From Octopus sinensis (Eukaryota), in assembly GCF_006345805.1 (NCBI RefSeq), contig NW_021835125.1:14290-78289 (forward strand): a stretch of 64,000 bases of DNA, given 5' to 3'. The notes under the pieces are model-generated. The model had not been told where the DNA came from. It saw only the letters and a program-made list of their open reading frames with translations, and did no database searches. Positions 26,568 through 38,806 of the stretch are shown here, piece by piece; the stretch's first letter is position 1, and each line of letters begins with the position of its first letter. The translations under genes and the position numbers were made by a program.

Positions 26568-27429
26568 TATATATATAGGGGTGAAACATGAAAAATCAAC
26601 GAATATGCACACTGCAAATAAAAAAAAGGCTATTTGTGACAGGTAACGACAAATACATACATTTAGATTGACTGAGGTAGTAATACGAGTCATAAAAGTC
26701 ATTATTATGAGATGATTAAAAGATGAAAATAAAGTAAGGGAACAAAACGGACCATGGTTTACGCAAAGCTATATATATATATGTATATATATTATTAGAT
26801 AATATATATATATATATATAAGCACTCACACTTTCACACATAATATGATTGTCATTGAAAAGGTCCAATGAATGAGCTCCCTCCTTGGTCTGCCTTTCTT
26901 AATATATTCTTCATCTCATCTCTCAATGGACAGCATTCAATGACAATTTCAAGACATCGCCTTTTGAATAGATTGAAAATAAGGATGCAAATAATTATAA
27001 GCTCCTATTCGAGTGTTAGTGTGGATGTGGGAGTAGCGAAAAAATTCATAAAAGGACTAGAACAGAAACAGCAACAACAATAAGAACAACAATGCTGCCT
27101 CAAGTAAATCTATAAGAATTCGCTAATCGCTTCAATGGAAGTTCTTAATGATTTGGATTTTATTCTCAGTGATTTTAGTGTTTTTTTAAATTGTCGTAGA
27201 ATGATTAACAATTGACAAAATGGTTGCTATGGTTACCGAGATTATAATGATTTTATAAAATTCCCTAATGCTTGTTAATGTTGTTGTTGTTGGTGATTTT
27301 CTCTATAATTGCAGGTTTTTGCGTATTCGTTTATATATTTCTACAAATTCCTGGGAACGACTGATGTTTCTTGTTAATTTACGAGTGTGTCGTTTTTCCT
27401 TTTGATGTTCCTCCATTTGGCTTTCTTTT

Positions 27430-27745
27430 TGTTGTCGTTTTCTCCACATGTGGTTGCTGTTATTGTTGTTGTAACTGTCGTTGCTGCACTTGTTCTTTTT
27501 GTTATTGTTGTTGTTGTTGTTCTGCTTGTGATTACTGCTTTTATTGTGTCTTTTATTGTCCGCGTTCATTATTGCTATTGTTTTTAATGTCAGCACTCTC
27601 ATCGTTTCTATTGTTGTTGTCTTTCTCATTGCCTCAGTTGCTGTCATTCTCATTGCTTTCATTGTTGTTGTTGTCATTACTTTAATTGTTGTTGTTGTTA
27701 TTATTCCAGATGGCATTGTTGTGATGACTCTTGCAATTGTTGCTG
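27430..27745. repeat. Degenerate (TTG)n low-complexity tract
   Basis: Direct inspection. Confidence 0.85.
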
Positions 27746-28064
27746 CTGAATATATATATGTGTATTTGTGTGTCTATGTGTGTGTGTGTGTATATATATA
27801 TAGAGAGAGATAGATGGATGGATGGAAGGCTGGGTGGATGGATGGATAGATATATCATAAAATCAATGTGAATCTGTTTTATTAACAATATCACTTACAG
27901 TAAAGGATATATACATATATATACTTATATAAAACCAATCTGATATGCGTACAAACTTAAACACACATATATGTATTAGAATATATATATATATAATATA
28001 TACTATACTATATATATATATATATATATATAGATAATCGTGTTCGTTCTATAGTTGTTCTAAA

Positions 28065-28466
28065 TTCTTTACTCTTCTAGGCACAAGGCCTGAAATTCCC
28101 GGGGGCAGGGGACCAGTCGATTAGATCGACCCCAGTACGCAACTCGTACTTAATTTATCGACCCTGAAAGGATGAATGAAAAAGTCGACCTCGGCAGGAT
28201 TTGAACTCAGAACCTAAAGACAGACGAAATACCTATTTCTTTACTACCCACGAGGGGCTAAACACAGAGAGGACAAACAAAGACAGACAAACGGATTAAG
28301 TCGATTACATCGACCCTAGTGCGTAACTGGTGCTTAATTTATCGACTCCGAAAGGATGAAAGGCAAAGTCGACCTCGGCGGAATTTGATTTCAGAACCTA
28401 GCGGCAGACGAAATACCACTTAGCATTTCATCCGCGTGGCTAACGTTTCTGCCAGCTCGCCGCCTT
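28065..28466 (-). mobile_element. SINE family C dimer; second unit has an alternative tail
   Basis: Same internal junction (AAATAGG/TATTTCGTCTG) as 12021-12438. Distal unit ends GGCCTTGTGCCTAGAAGAGTAAAGAA. Confidence 0.8.
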
Positions 28467-28747
28467 TGAGTTGTTCTACATTCATGGACTTTGTGGTTAT
28501 TGTTGCGTGTCCTAATTCTTTTCATTGCTGTTACTGCTACTGGTACTCACAGTCCAAGTTTTTCAATAATAATTTTTTCAAGGGCGGTTCTAATCCAGTA
28601 AGTCTATAAACAAAAGACATTCCAACACAGACAAACAACTCTTTTTTTGTTTACTGCTATTCTCTATCTAACCTCAAATTAATGTCGCCATGATAGATCG
28701 TTAGCCACTACACACATTTTTTTCTCTCCTTGTTTTTTTCTGCGCCC

Positions 28748-28783
28748 CTTTCTGTAGAAGAGGGTAGGCTCGAAACGTAACAG
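28748..28783 (+). ncRNA. Minimal hammerhead-like motif (A6U variant) in Penelope-tail-like repeat 28695-28872
   Basis: CTTT-CTGTAGA-A-GAGG-GTAG-GCTC-GAAAC-GTA-ACAG; same family as 39563-39598. Confidence 0.55.
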
Positions 28784-29779
28784 ACTTTTTCTATTCCTGA
28801 GCGTTATACTAATACATCTATTTGTTTTGTACATCACCTGTCTTCGTCTTTTGTTTTTTCGTAAACTCTCCCTTTCAAATTAATTAGATTAGCATAATGA
28901 TTTTTTAATGACAATTATGTGATTTGAGGGACATTCGGCTGATATTTCTAACAGGTTAAAAAACCAAGTGGGCGCCCTCTTTCACGCTACATTTTAATGT
29001 GTTTCTACTTATATGCGGTTATTAACCTTTTCTTACGCTATACCACTAATCTTATTCCCAGAAATATGTGTTTTGGCTACAGGTTTTATATATTGTTTTT
29101 GTGTTGTGTTTTTTTATGCTTGCAATTCAGTTGTGCATAATGTTATCATTATAAATACACCAACCAGAGAATCGATCCCAAATAATGACAGCTTCTTGTA
29201 AACACCTCGTGATGGGCATTCGACTCATGACGTAATTAGTTTCGCTTCAGAAAATACAAATTACATGCAAAAACTCAAACCCAAACCAAACGCACACATA
29301 CGCACACACACATAGGCACACACGCACACATACACACACACACACGCGCGCGAACACTCTCATGATTACACGCGCGCTTTCACTTAGATGCAATTTTACT
29401 GACATATATATATGCCTGTGTGTGTATGCATAAATATACATATATATACTCTCTCTCTCTTTCTCTCTCTCTATCTATATATCTATATATATATATTATG
29501 TGTGTGTGTGTGTGTGTGTGTGCATGTGAGGCGTGCTTGCATATAAGTAGTAGAAAATGGGTGATTAGAAGAATGAGGATGTGGAGGGAGAGTTAGGATC
29601 CATGTGGCGTAGATAAGAATGATTCCATTTCTTTGCTGACCCTTCATTCTAAAGTTCCCGTAACCTTTAAATCATTCCGTTCCATCACTAATTAATGGAG
29701 GGGAGGTTTCTATCCCAATAGCTGTGTGTTCTTTAAAACATGACATGCAGCAGACATTCACAGAGACAACAGGAAGCTT

Positions 29780-30700
29780 CTCCTCTTCTCTCCCTTTCTA
29801 TTCCGCTCTTTTTCGCATGTTTTCGCTCGGTTCCTTCTCCTCTTCCTTTCATTGTTTACATCTTCCTTTCATACTTTCCCGCCTTCTTATTTTTTCCTTT
29901 CTCTTCTTTCTTTAATTCTTTGTTTTATTTTGAATTTTTCCTGTAATTTTGTTGTTGTTGTTGTTGTTGTTGTTATTTCTTGTTACGTGTTGTTCTTCTT
30001 TGGTCATTTATTTCCATCATCTTTTAAACCTTTATTCTTCCTTAACGTCCATTTTCTTTTCTTCAGGTCATCCTTCATCCGCATTCTGCTTTCTTTCAAT
30101 CTTTCTTCTTCCTTTCTATTTTCTTCCTTTTCTCTCTTTTTAGTTTTTGTCATTCACCTTCTTTTCAGTTGTTTTAATTTTCTCTTTCTGAACATCTCTC
30201 TTGCATTCCTTCTTTTCGTTTTGTTTCTTTCTTTTCTTCTTTCTTCCTCCCTTCTTTTTCTTCTTTCTTTCTTCCTTTGTTTCTTTGTTTGTTTCTTTGT
30301 TTCTTTGCATCTTCCTTCCTTCCATTCTTTCTTTCCTTTCTTCTTCGTTCCTTTCTTTCTTTCTTTTCTTCTTCCTTCCTTTCTTCCTTTTCTTCTTTGT
30401 TCCTTTGTTCCTTTCCTTCTTTCTTCCTTTTCTTCCTTCCTTCCTTCCTTTTCTTTCTATCTTACTTTCTTGCTTCACTTCACTTCTTTGTTCCTTTATT
30501 TCTTCTTTTCTTTTCTTCTTTGTTCCTGTCTTTCTTTCTTCCTTTCTTCTTTCCTTTCCTTCCTTCCTTCTTTCCTTTCTTTCCTTCTTTCTTTTCTTGC
30601 TTGTTAATTTCTTTCTTTCTTTTCTTCCTTCATTCCTTCATTTTTCTTTCTTTCGTATCATTTCAAGTCTAAATCACTTCCTTCTTACCTTACATCTTTT
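29780..30700. repeat. Polypyrimidine low-complexity tract (TTTC/TTCC)
   Basis: Direct inspection. Confidence 0.95.
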
Positions 30701-31126
30701 ACATTTTTAGTCTAACCTCCCTACTTTCATCATACATAATTTCTGACTGTAATTTATATATTTTCCCTATTTTCCTATATTTTATTTTTTTCCTTCTTAT
30801 TTTACGCTTTGTCCCTTCTTTGTCCTTTAGCTTAAAAACCCATTTTTTTAAAGATTTAATTCAAATTTTCAAAATTAAATGACAAATTTCAACTATGGAT
30901 CAACTAAGGGTTTTTTGTTCCTGGAATTAGTCGTTGCTAGCTAAGCTTAGCTTTAATCGCTCTGAGAAAAGAATAGCGTGGCTCACTATTGTTTGTGCAA
31001 GTTCAGTCAGGTCTGTATGGGCGGAGCGGTCGCCACAAAGACCAAGGCGAAATATCAAATGCTATCCTCACAGGCGCCTTGTTAGCAACGCAGCGTTATG
31101 AGCCTTACTAACTTACTAACAAACGT

Positions 31127-31127
<1 letters not shown>

Positions 31128-31182
<55 letters not shown>

Positions 31183-31191
31183 GCTACTACT
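31128..31191. repeat. (TAC)n microsatellite
   Basis: Direct inspection. Confidence 0.95.
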
Positions 31192-31529
31192 GCGTCGACA
31201 TCGATGGCTCATTTCTTCGTCTCTGATTTATTCTTAAGAATTTATGGTCGATATTTTAAGCCAGCATCGTAATTAATTAATTTTTAAAAAGGGCTGGATT
31301 TTTAAGGAAAGGGTGGATAGACGAATGGATTGTAAAGATGTGTTATAGAGTATGATATGAATGAGACATTTGGTATTGATGGATGAATAATGGAAAAGAC
31401 GGTTGAATGAGATGGGTGGATGATGCTTGGGTTGTGTGAATTGTAACAGGGGAACTGAAAATCTAGGAATTATTTTATAAGGCATATTAAATACTTATTT
31501 CAGATAAAAACCTACAAGATTCGGAATAG

Positions 31530-31835
31530 TTTTGTTAACATGGTGAAACACCACATTTCTGTTAGGTTAGAATCCTTGACTCATCACAGAAACGTTTCTT
31601 CGTAGAGTATTTTCGATTTCAGTTTCCATGGTCGTAGCTCTGATCAACTTTCTAGTTTGTACCCTCATCTTTAAAAATGTCTCCCGCTTTTCTTCTCAGG
31701 CGCATCTTTACTCTATCGTACTTTCTGTTAATTGTAAGTTATTTTATACTAATAGATTCTTTCCTCGAACTGCTCGTCTCTGGAACTCACTGACATCGAA
31801 TTGTTTTCACCAAAACTATGATATTCAGTGCGTTA
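31530..31835 (+). mobile_element. CR1/Jockey-group LINE ORF2 C-terminal relic
   Basis: LESLTHHRNVSS..IF..FHGRSSDQLSSL ... RFFPRTARLWNSLTSNCF. Confidence 0.7.
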
Positions 31836-32055
31836 CGTTAGAGCCCTCCATTTTGTTTGAATCAATATATATATATATATATATATTAATTGTTATCGCC
31901 ATATTAATATGGCATTCTTATAGATATAAGAATAATCGCTGGCCGCTGGTCAGCTCCATGAGGCCACCGCCTTAAGATAGCTATTGATACACGATCTGTA
32001 TCCATTATAACCTTCGAACAAGGGAGGTCAGCCGTTTCACACTGCCAGTCCGACA

Positions 32056-32097
32056 GCTACATACGCGTTTCGGGGTATTGCCCCTTGTCAATGTAGC
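32056..32097 (-). ncRNA. Type I hammerhead ribozyme motif, U3:A8 core
   Basis: Minus strand: GCTACA-TTGACAA-GGGG-CAATA-CCCC-GAAAC-GC-GTA-TGTAGC. Confidence 0.8.
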
Positions 32098-32320
32098 GCA
32101 GTCAGACCCGCAGGTGTCGCCACTGACGTCTCTGTTCGAAGGTTTCTATTTACCTAGTTTCAGTGGAATACATCCACTTGTTTTCAATAATAGAAATATT
32201 AAAATTACTAAGTCTCTATAAAAGAGATTACGGCAGCGTTTACTGGAAATTAATTTGTTATCGCTGAAACTAGGTAAATAGAAACCTTCGAACAGAGACG
32301 TCAGTGGCGACACCTGCGGG

Positions 32321-32380
32321 GTCTGACTGCGCTACATTGACAAGGGGCAATACCCCGAAACGCGTCTGTAGCTGTCGGAC
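32321..32380 (+). ncRNA. Type I hammerhead ribozyme motif, U3:A8 core, extended helix I
   Basis: GTCTGAC-TGC-GCTACA-TTGACAA-GGGG-CAATA-CCCC-GAAAC-GC-GTC^TGTAGC-T-GTCGGAC. Predicted cleavage after C32366. Confidence 0.85.
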
Positions 32381-32615
32381 TGGCAGTGTGAAGCGGCTGA
32401 CCTCCCTTTCGAAGGTATAATGGATACAGAGATGTATCAATAGCTATCTTAAGGCGGTGGCCTCATGGAGCTGACCAGCGGCAGCGATTATTTATATCTA
32501 TAAGAATGCCATATTAATATGGCGATAACAATTAATTTCCAGTAAACGCTGCCGTAATCTCTTTTATAGAGACTTAGTAATTTTAATATTTCTATTATAT
32601 ATATATATTTATATA

Positions 32616-32651
<36 letters not shown>

Positions 32652-33099
32652 TGTATGTATGTATGTATGTATGTATATGAATGGACGAACAGAATATTTG
32701 TTATAAAAGTAAAATTATGTGAGTTTTCATTGCTTTACAGTCTACTTTACACGGAGCATACCATGGAGAGATTTCTTTGGATCACCGTTTAGTAATGTAA
32801 TCGACGATTTTTCATTCCTCTGGAAATCCAAACGAAAAAAAGGGTACGATCATCTGTTGTGGAAATTAATTTTCTGGAAATACAGAATGAATTGGAAAAT
32901 ATCGTGCTGAAGACTGTAATGGTTCTACCAAACCTCCGCTCTGAACTGGTTATTTTATTCTGTTGCGCTCGGAAGCATTAAAGTCGATCTTGGCAATATT
33001 TCAACGAAGTAGGTAGAGCGCCGGAACAAATACTGCAATGCGGTTTATCTTTCACTCAATCTATGACGTTTAGCCTCCTTTCAAATATCGCCCCAGCAT

Positions 33100-33930
33100 T
33101 GAATATCAGACGGGTTTAGATTTACTTAAACCTTGTCAATGACTTGTAACACATCATCACATGATTAAATGAAATTCTTGACATTTTGATGCCCTTTTGG
33201 AATGAATGATATTTTTACATTCTTAACAGAATATTTTTCTGCTATCCTTGAGACAATTATCAGTGAATATGTTGTCCGTTCCTACATGCAAAACTAAATT
33301 ATCCAAAGCCGGTATCGAGGGATCTTTGACGAAAATATTGTTAGATTCTGTAGAAAGCGAGATCTTCCGACACATAAAAAAGAAGAAACAAACTTAATCT
33401 TCCCGATAGAAATTCTGTCCACTTTGGATGCATGGTTAGTCGCAGGGTGATTATTTCATTTTGCCAGAAGAAATATATTATTTGTTTCTCACAGAACGTG
33501 CGACAAGTCGTATATCTTTGTAGAATTACGCAACAGAACATGAGTAAGGAGATAAGGATAGTTCCATTGGTCAAACAATATTAGGAACAAATAAGGAAAT
33601 TTGGTTATGACACCTGAGTTCATATATGATCAATTTTGTTAGCGCAGATACTTTCCTACATTTTTAGAAGTTAGTTGAAAATTGTTTGCGAGTGTAATTT
33701 GAAGACAAGATTCCATAAGCAAGTTGCATATCTTCTAAACGGCAAGAAAGATTTACGATAGATTCTCGAAGAATCATTGTCTTCAGAGAGAAACACTGGA
33801 CTATAAAGGTAATATTGTTCGTTCAATCCTAAACCATGAATAACTACTCACTTTGGTTTAGATTCCATTACCTATTTTTCTTAAAACTGCTCGATATTCA
33901 GATTAGGATTTAGATATTCACCAAGATATT
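33100..33930 (+). pseudogene. Possible heavily decayed hAT (SPIN/GTF2IRD2-like) transposase
   Basis: Fragments VVRSY, GCMVSRR, MINFVSA..LHF*KLVE and ILNHE*LLTL occur in an order compatible with this transposase family. Many stops and frameshifts. Confidence 0.35.
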
Positions 33931-33996
33931 TGTGGAATTGCTGTGAAACACATTAATACACGCAGACACACACACACACGCACACACACACATACA

Positions 33997-34046
<50 letters not shown>

Positions 34047-34172
34047 TATCTATAAATATACATATATATATAATATATATATGTGTGTGTGTTTATACAC
34101 GCAGAATGTATTGTGCGTTAATGCGTTTCATAGCAAGTCCACAATTATATATATATATTATAGTATATATCT

Positions 34173-34239
<67 letters not shown>

Positions 34240-34248
34240 ATATGTGTG

Positions 34249-34293
<45 letters not shown>

Positions 34294-34351
34294 ATATGTG
34301 TGTATATATATATATGTATGTATATTAGTGTGTGTATATATAATATATGTA

Positions 34352-34401
<50 letters not shown>

Positions 34402-34970
34402 TATATATATAAATGCCTTTGTGTATTGTGTGTGGTTTTAAAAGATCAAATATTTAAATAAAATAGAGAGAAGCGGTCGCAGATTCCATTCGGTCCAATA
34501 GCTCATCGGATTGTACGTTATGCAACATAACGAATGTCCTGCAACTGTGTTTTATCGTCAGGTCCATGCACGATTCACCGTGGAAAATAATCCAACGCAA
34601 ATTAGATTACAAAAGCCAGGAAAACAGAACAAATAAAACAAAACAAACGGGAGGAGGTATTGGAATCGGTAAAGAACCAGATTTGATTATCGCATTATAA
34701 TAGCTGTCATCTTAGCGGTATTTTCTGTCTAATCGCGATGTCGAATGAACCGCATATGGCGATTTCATAAAAAAATCTATTGTTTAATTATCGAATCATC
34801 TCCGTTCTCTCTACACAGAGTTACTGTTAAAGACTAACAAGTTGCATTTTGCTACGATTCCTCGGCCAATCCTTTAACATTTTATTAATATACACACATA
34901 CACACAGGGACACATGTCTGTATATGAATGCATGTATATCTATATATCTCATATATGTATATATATATCT

Positions 34971-35300
34971 ATGGTAAGTAGCTTGCTTACGGACCACATG
35001 GTTCCGAGTTCGGTCCAACTGCGTACAACTTGGGCGTCTTCTACTATAGCCTCGGGCCCGACCAAAGCCATGTGAGTGGATTTGGTAGACGGAAAGCGAA
35101 AGAAGCCTGTCGTATATAGGTATATATATATATGTGTGGCGTATATGTGTGTATATATTTGTGTGTCTGTGTTTGTCCCCCACCAACATCACTTGACAAC
35201 CGATTCTGGTGTGTTTACGTCCCCGTAACCTAGCGGTTTGGCAAAAATACCGATAGAATAATCACTAGGCTTACAAAGAATAAGTCATGGAGTTGATTTA
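34971..35300 (+). mobile_element. SINE family B, both ends clipped
   Basis: TGGTAAGTAGCTTGCTTAC ... GGCTTACAAAGAATAAGTC. Confidence 0.85.
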
Positions 35301-35350
35301 CTAGTTAATTAATGTTGTCCTTTGTTATTATATATATATTATATATATAT

Positions 35351-35383
<33 letters not shown>

Positions 35384-35437
35384 TTAGTGTAGGAAGAAAT
35401 GGAGCTGAACGAAGATTTAACAAAATTCCTTTTTATT

Positions 35438-35522
35438 ATTTTTACATATGTTTCGAAGGCTGCAAAGTCCCTAATTCGGATTGAATAAGGAGTCCATTTT
35501 GCAGCCTTCTCTTCAGGAAAAT
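35438..35522 (-). ncRNA. Hammerhead motif with canonical core and 12-bp helix II
   Basis: Minus strand: ATTTT-C-CTGAAGA-GAAGGCTGCAAA-[loop]-TTTGCAGCCTTC-GAAAC-ATAT-GTA-AAAAT, in a roughly 260-bp insert (35382-35643) flanked by (TA)n. Confidence 0.8.
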
Positions 35523-36265
35523 CCAGGAACTTAATTCTCCAACAAAATGCACAGCAAGCTTTTCGACAAACGCTCACGAGGAGCCCATGGAATAAAGGCA
35601 ACAAACTGTCTATCCATATGCGTTGACGCCAAGCTGGGTGAAAATATATATTATATATATATATATATTATATATATATATTATATATAATATATATTAT
35701 ATATATATATATATACTCGCACACTCTCACATACAGGTATTTCTATATCAAGCTAGCTTTTTCAATATATTCTTGGAGTTTTTCTAACATGATCGTCTTT
35801 TAGCCTCATATTCTTCCTATATTTCTTTCTCCCATCTTTATCTCCCATCGACATTTTGCCTTTATTACCCTCTTTCTTTCTGCTACCTTCCTGCACAGGT
35901 GTTTATTTCCGTTGCCTCACACTACGCAATAGCAATTCGTGATGTATGGCTCTTTGCGTTCCTTCCGGTGTATATAAAATTAATATTTTTCTATATTCGT
36001 ATCCATAATCTCCGCTTCTGTGCATCATATACTCGTAGCTGCATGAATAAACATTTTGTGTGCTTGTGTGCGCGATATAACTGTTTTGATATTTACCAAT
36101 AAACTTTACATGCATAATGGCGATATATTTATTTTTTTAGTACACGTTTGTAAGCTAGTGTTCACACGCAAGCACATAATGCATATCGTATATCTAAAAA
36201 GTATGTTATATATTTTTAGTTATATTTCAAATATATATTTCGTGTTGCAAGCACCTGTATATATA

Positions 36266-36347
<82 letters not shown>

Positions 36348-36961
36348 TTATTATGCATATATTTATGTATGAATACATATCCCTGTGTGTGTGTGGGGGG
36401 GTGAGCGTTTGAGGGTGCGTTGCGTAACCAGTAATCTATCGTACGTCATTTTAAGGTATATTTTACGGAAACAACTGATTAAAAAAATTTTGAATACATC
36501 TTCGCACCTTGCCAGTATTATTGTAATACTTTTGTAATAATTTTTCTATGCCTAATCAAATCTATGCGATACTTACAAAGCGTCCAAATATTGGAATATT
36601 GAAAATATGACTAAAACTCAGCGAAATGCGAAATACCATGCTTTTGGTACATACCTATATAGACGCAAGCACACACAAACACAGAGACATACAGATAGAC
36701 AGGCAGATACACACACGCAGATGCACATACACACAGGCACACACATACAAACATTCACAAGCACACACACACACATCCAACAGTGTCAACATGAAGCAGT
36801 GTTTAGACATAAGCGAACTTTAGGTTAGTTAAAATATGTTTGCTTCGTATTTTCAGCTTCTAAAGGCGGAATTCCCTGCATTTACAGGGGAGAATGAATT
36901 CTCCCTTAGGTTGAAAAAGGTGTAAATGCAGAGTATATGTTCAGTGATACCCCTTGTCGGA

Positions 36962-37004
<43 letters not shown>

Positions 37005-37201
37005 AAGACAGAGAGAGAGAGAGAGAGGGAGAGAGAGCAATTGAAAGACAGAAGATGGAATATATAAGAATTTATTGTTAATCACAACAATTATTTTGAC
37101 AATCTACCATCGATTCATCTTGGATGTGTATGTGTATGCATATATATATTATATATATATATATAGACCAGACATATATATATACATATACGCATACGGT
37201 A

Positions 37202-37234
<33 letters not shown>

Positions 37235-37634
37235 TATATTATATATATATATATATAATATATATGCGTATACGTGTGTGCGCGCGTGTATATTGATATA
37301 TATATATATATAATACATACATAAATACATACATACATACATACATAATACACTCACACACACCACCCACACGTATATTCATATATACATATGCATATGC
37401 ATGTATATATACGTATACATATATATTCCTATATATTCTTTTGTTCCTCGTTACACGACGATTTTCGCAATGGCGCTCAAACCAATTGATAAAGCAAATC
37501 AGTTCCAAAGCGAAGACATAATGATATATAATACAAAACAAATTACACAAAGAGACTCAAAGAGTAATGTAATCAAGCACCACATTCATCTAAATGCCTA
37601 ATATATTCTGTATCATCAGCTTCCATAAATTTAT

Positions 37635-37772
37635 GGCGGTGTGAGAAATCGGCGCTCCGTCGGTTGCGACGACGAAGATTCCAGTTGATTCGATCAATGG
37701 AACAGCCAGCTCGTGAAATTAACGTGCAAGTGGACGAGCTCTCCGCAGACACGTGTACACTCAACGAAAGAA
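37635..37772 (-). mobile_element. SINE family A-related 3' tail fragment
   Basis: Reverse complement of the tail at 520-640 (CACTTGCACGTTAATTTCACGAGC ... CAACCGACGGAGCGCC). Confidence 0.75.
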
Positions 37773-37974
37773 GGCAAGTGATAATGAAACCCACCCCAAC
37801 CCAGCTCCAACCACACCCTCTTCGCCCCACCCTTCCCCTGCAGACACAAAACCTACCCACTCCCCGCCAACAAGTAAACAAAAACAGACACACAGAACAA
37901 CTTACAAAATCCACCCATCCCACTTTAGGTTTATTAGACAAGGAACACGAAGACCTGCTGGAAATATTGGGGGG

Positions 37975-38425
37975 ACTGGGGTGAAGTTGTAATGACATGC
38001 ATAAGATCTGGTCATCAAATCTAAGTAGAGACTTCAAACTTGAAATATTCAAAGCCACAGTCGAACCAATTCTACTATATGGCTCAGAAACCTGGACGCT
38101 ATCAAAGAAGCTTGAGAGGCGGTTGGATGGAACCTACACTCGCCTCCTTATGAGAGCTCAAAATATCTCGTGGAAGCGCCATCCAACCAAAATGCAAATA
38201 TATGGGAAATTACCACCTGTGTCATCTCTTGTGAAGGGTAGGAGAGTCCAGTTTCCTGGACATTGTTGTAGAGCTGAAAACTCTCCTACCCTGATGTAAT
38301 CTCCAGGGATACAGGCATCCAGTAACAGGACCTCCGTAATGCTATGATGGACCGTGAAGTCTGGCATAGCATGGTAAATTCCATTGTTTCGACCGTGGTC
38401 GAGACAATGATGGTAATGATGAATT
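37975..38425 (+). mobile_element. RTE-type LINE 3' fragment with internal deletion
   Basis: KIWSSNLSRDFKLEIFKATVEPILLYGSETWTLSKKLERRLDGTYTRLL ... GHCCRAE ... AMMDREVWHSMV, then a TGA-type repeat tail. Confidence 0.85.
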
Positions 38426-38427
38426 AC

Positions 38428-38806
38428 CGGATTTGTTGGGATCAAGAGGAGGAGGAGTGTATGGAGGTGCTTTTAAAAGGAAAACAAGTGAAAGGACTTG
38501 AAAATGAACTGAGCAATGTTTTTTTAGTAAGAAAGGAAATAGACCCGGACAGGAAAAAAACCCTGGAAAAACAGTACGGGGTGAAAATAAGGGACTATGT
38601 ATTTTTCGAAAGGTTATAAGAAGAGGACATAAGAAAAGGGGACAGGTATGTGTTGTTATCGGATGGGGCGGTTGACATGACCTTCATCTTTCATTTTCAC
38701 CCTCTCATTTTCATCATACGTTTGGGGTTTTTTTTTGCGTTTTATATCCCCAATGTGTTGTTTGTTTCTTATCTTTGTTAGCCAGTCCTGGGCAATAAAG
38801 AAATTA
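38428..38806 (+). mobile_element. Unclassified retroelement 3' end with a Tx1-like tail
   Basis: Purine-rich ORF remnant, pyrimidine-rich UTR, then TTTGTTAGCCAGTCCTGGGCAATAAAGAAA resembling the LINE tail at 50949-50991. Confidence 0.45.

Larger units (their letters stand above)
31887..32597. mobile_element. Head-to-head pair of 365-bp retrozyme-like monomers in different circular permutations, inside (TA)n
   Basis: TGTTATCGC at 31891 and 32256 (period 365). 32264-32597 is the reverse complement and reads across the monomer junction. Confidence 0.9.

Noticed and set aside
29852-30710. Long Phe/Leu/Ser-rich ORFs resembling membrane proteins
   Set aside because: Artefact of a polypyrimidine tract that lacks stop codons.
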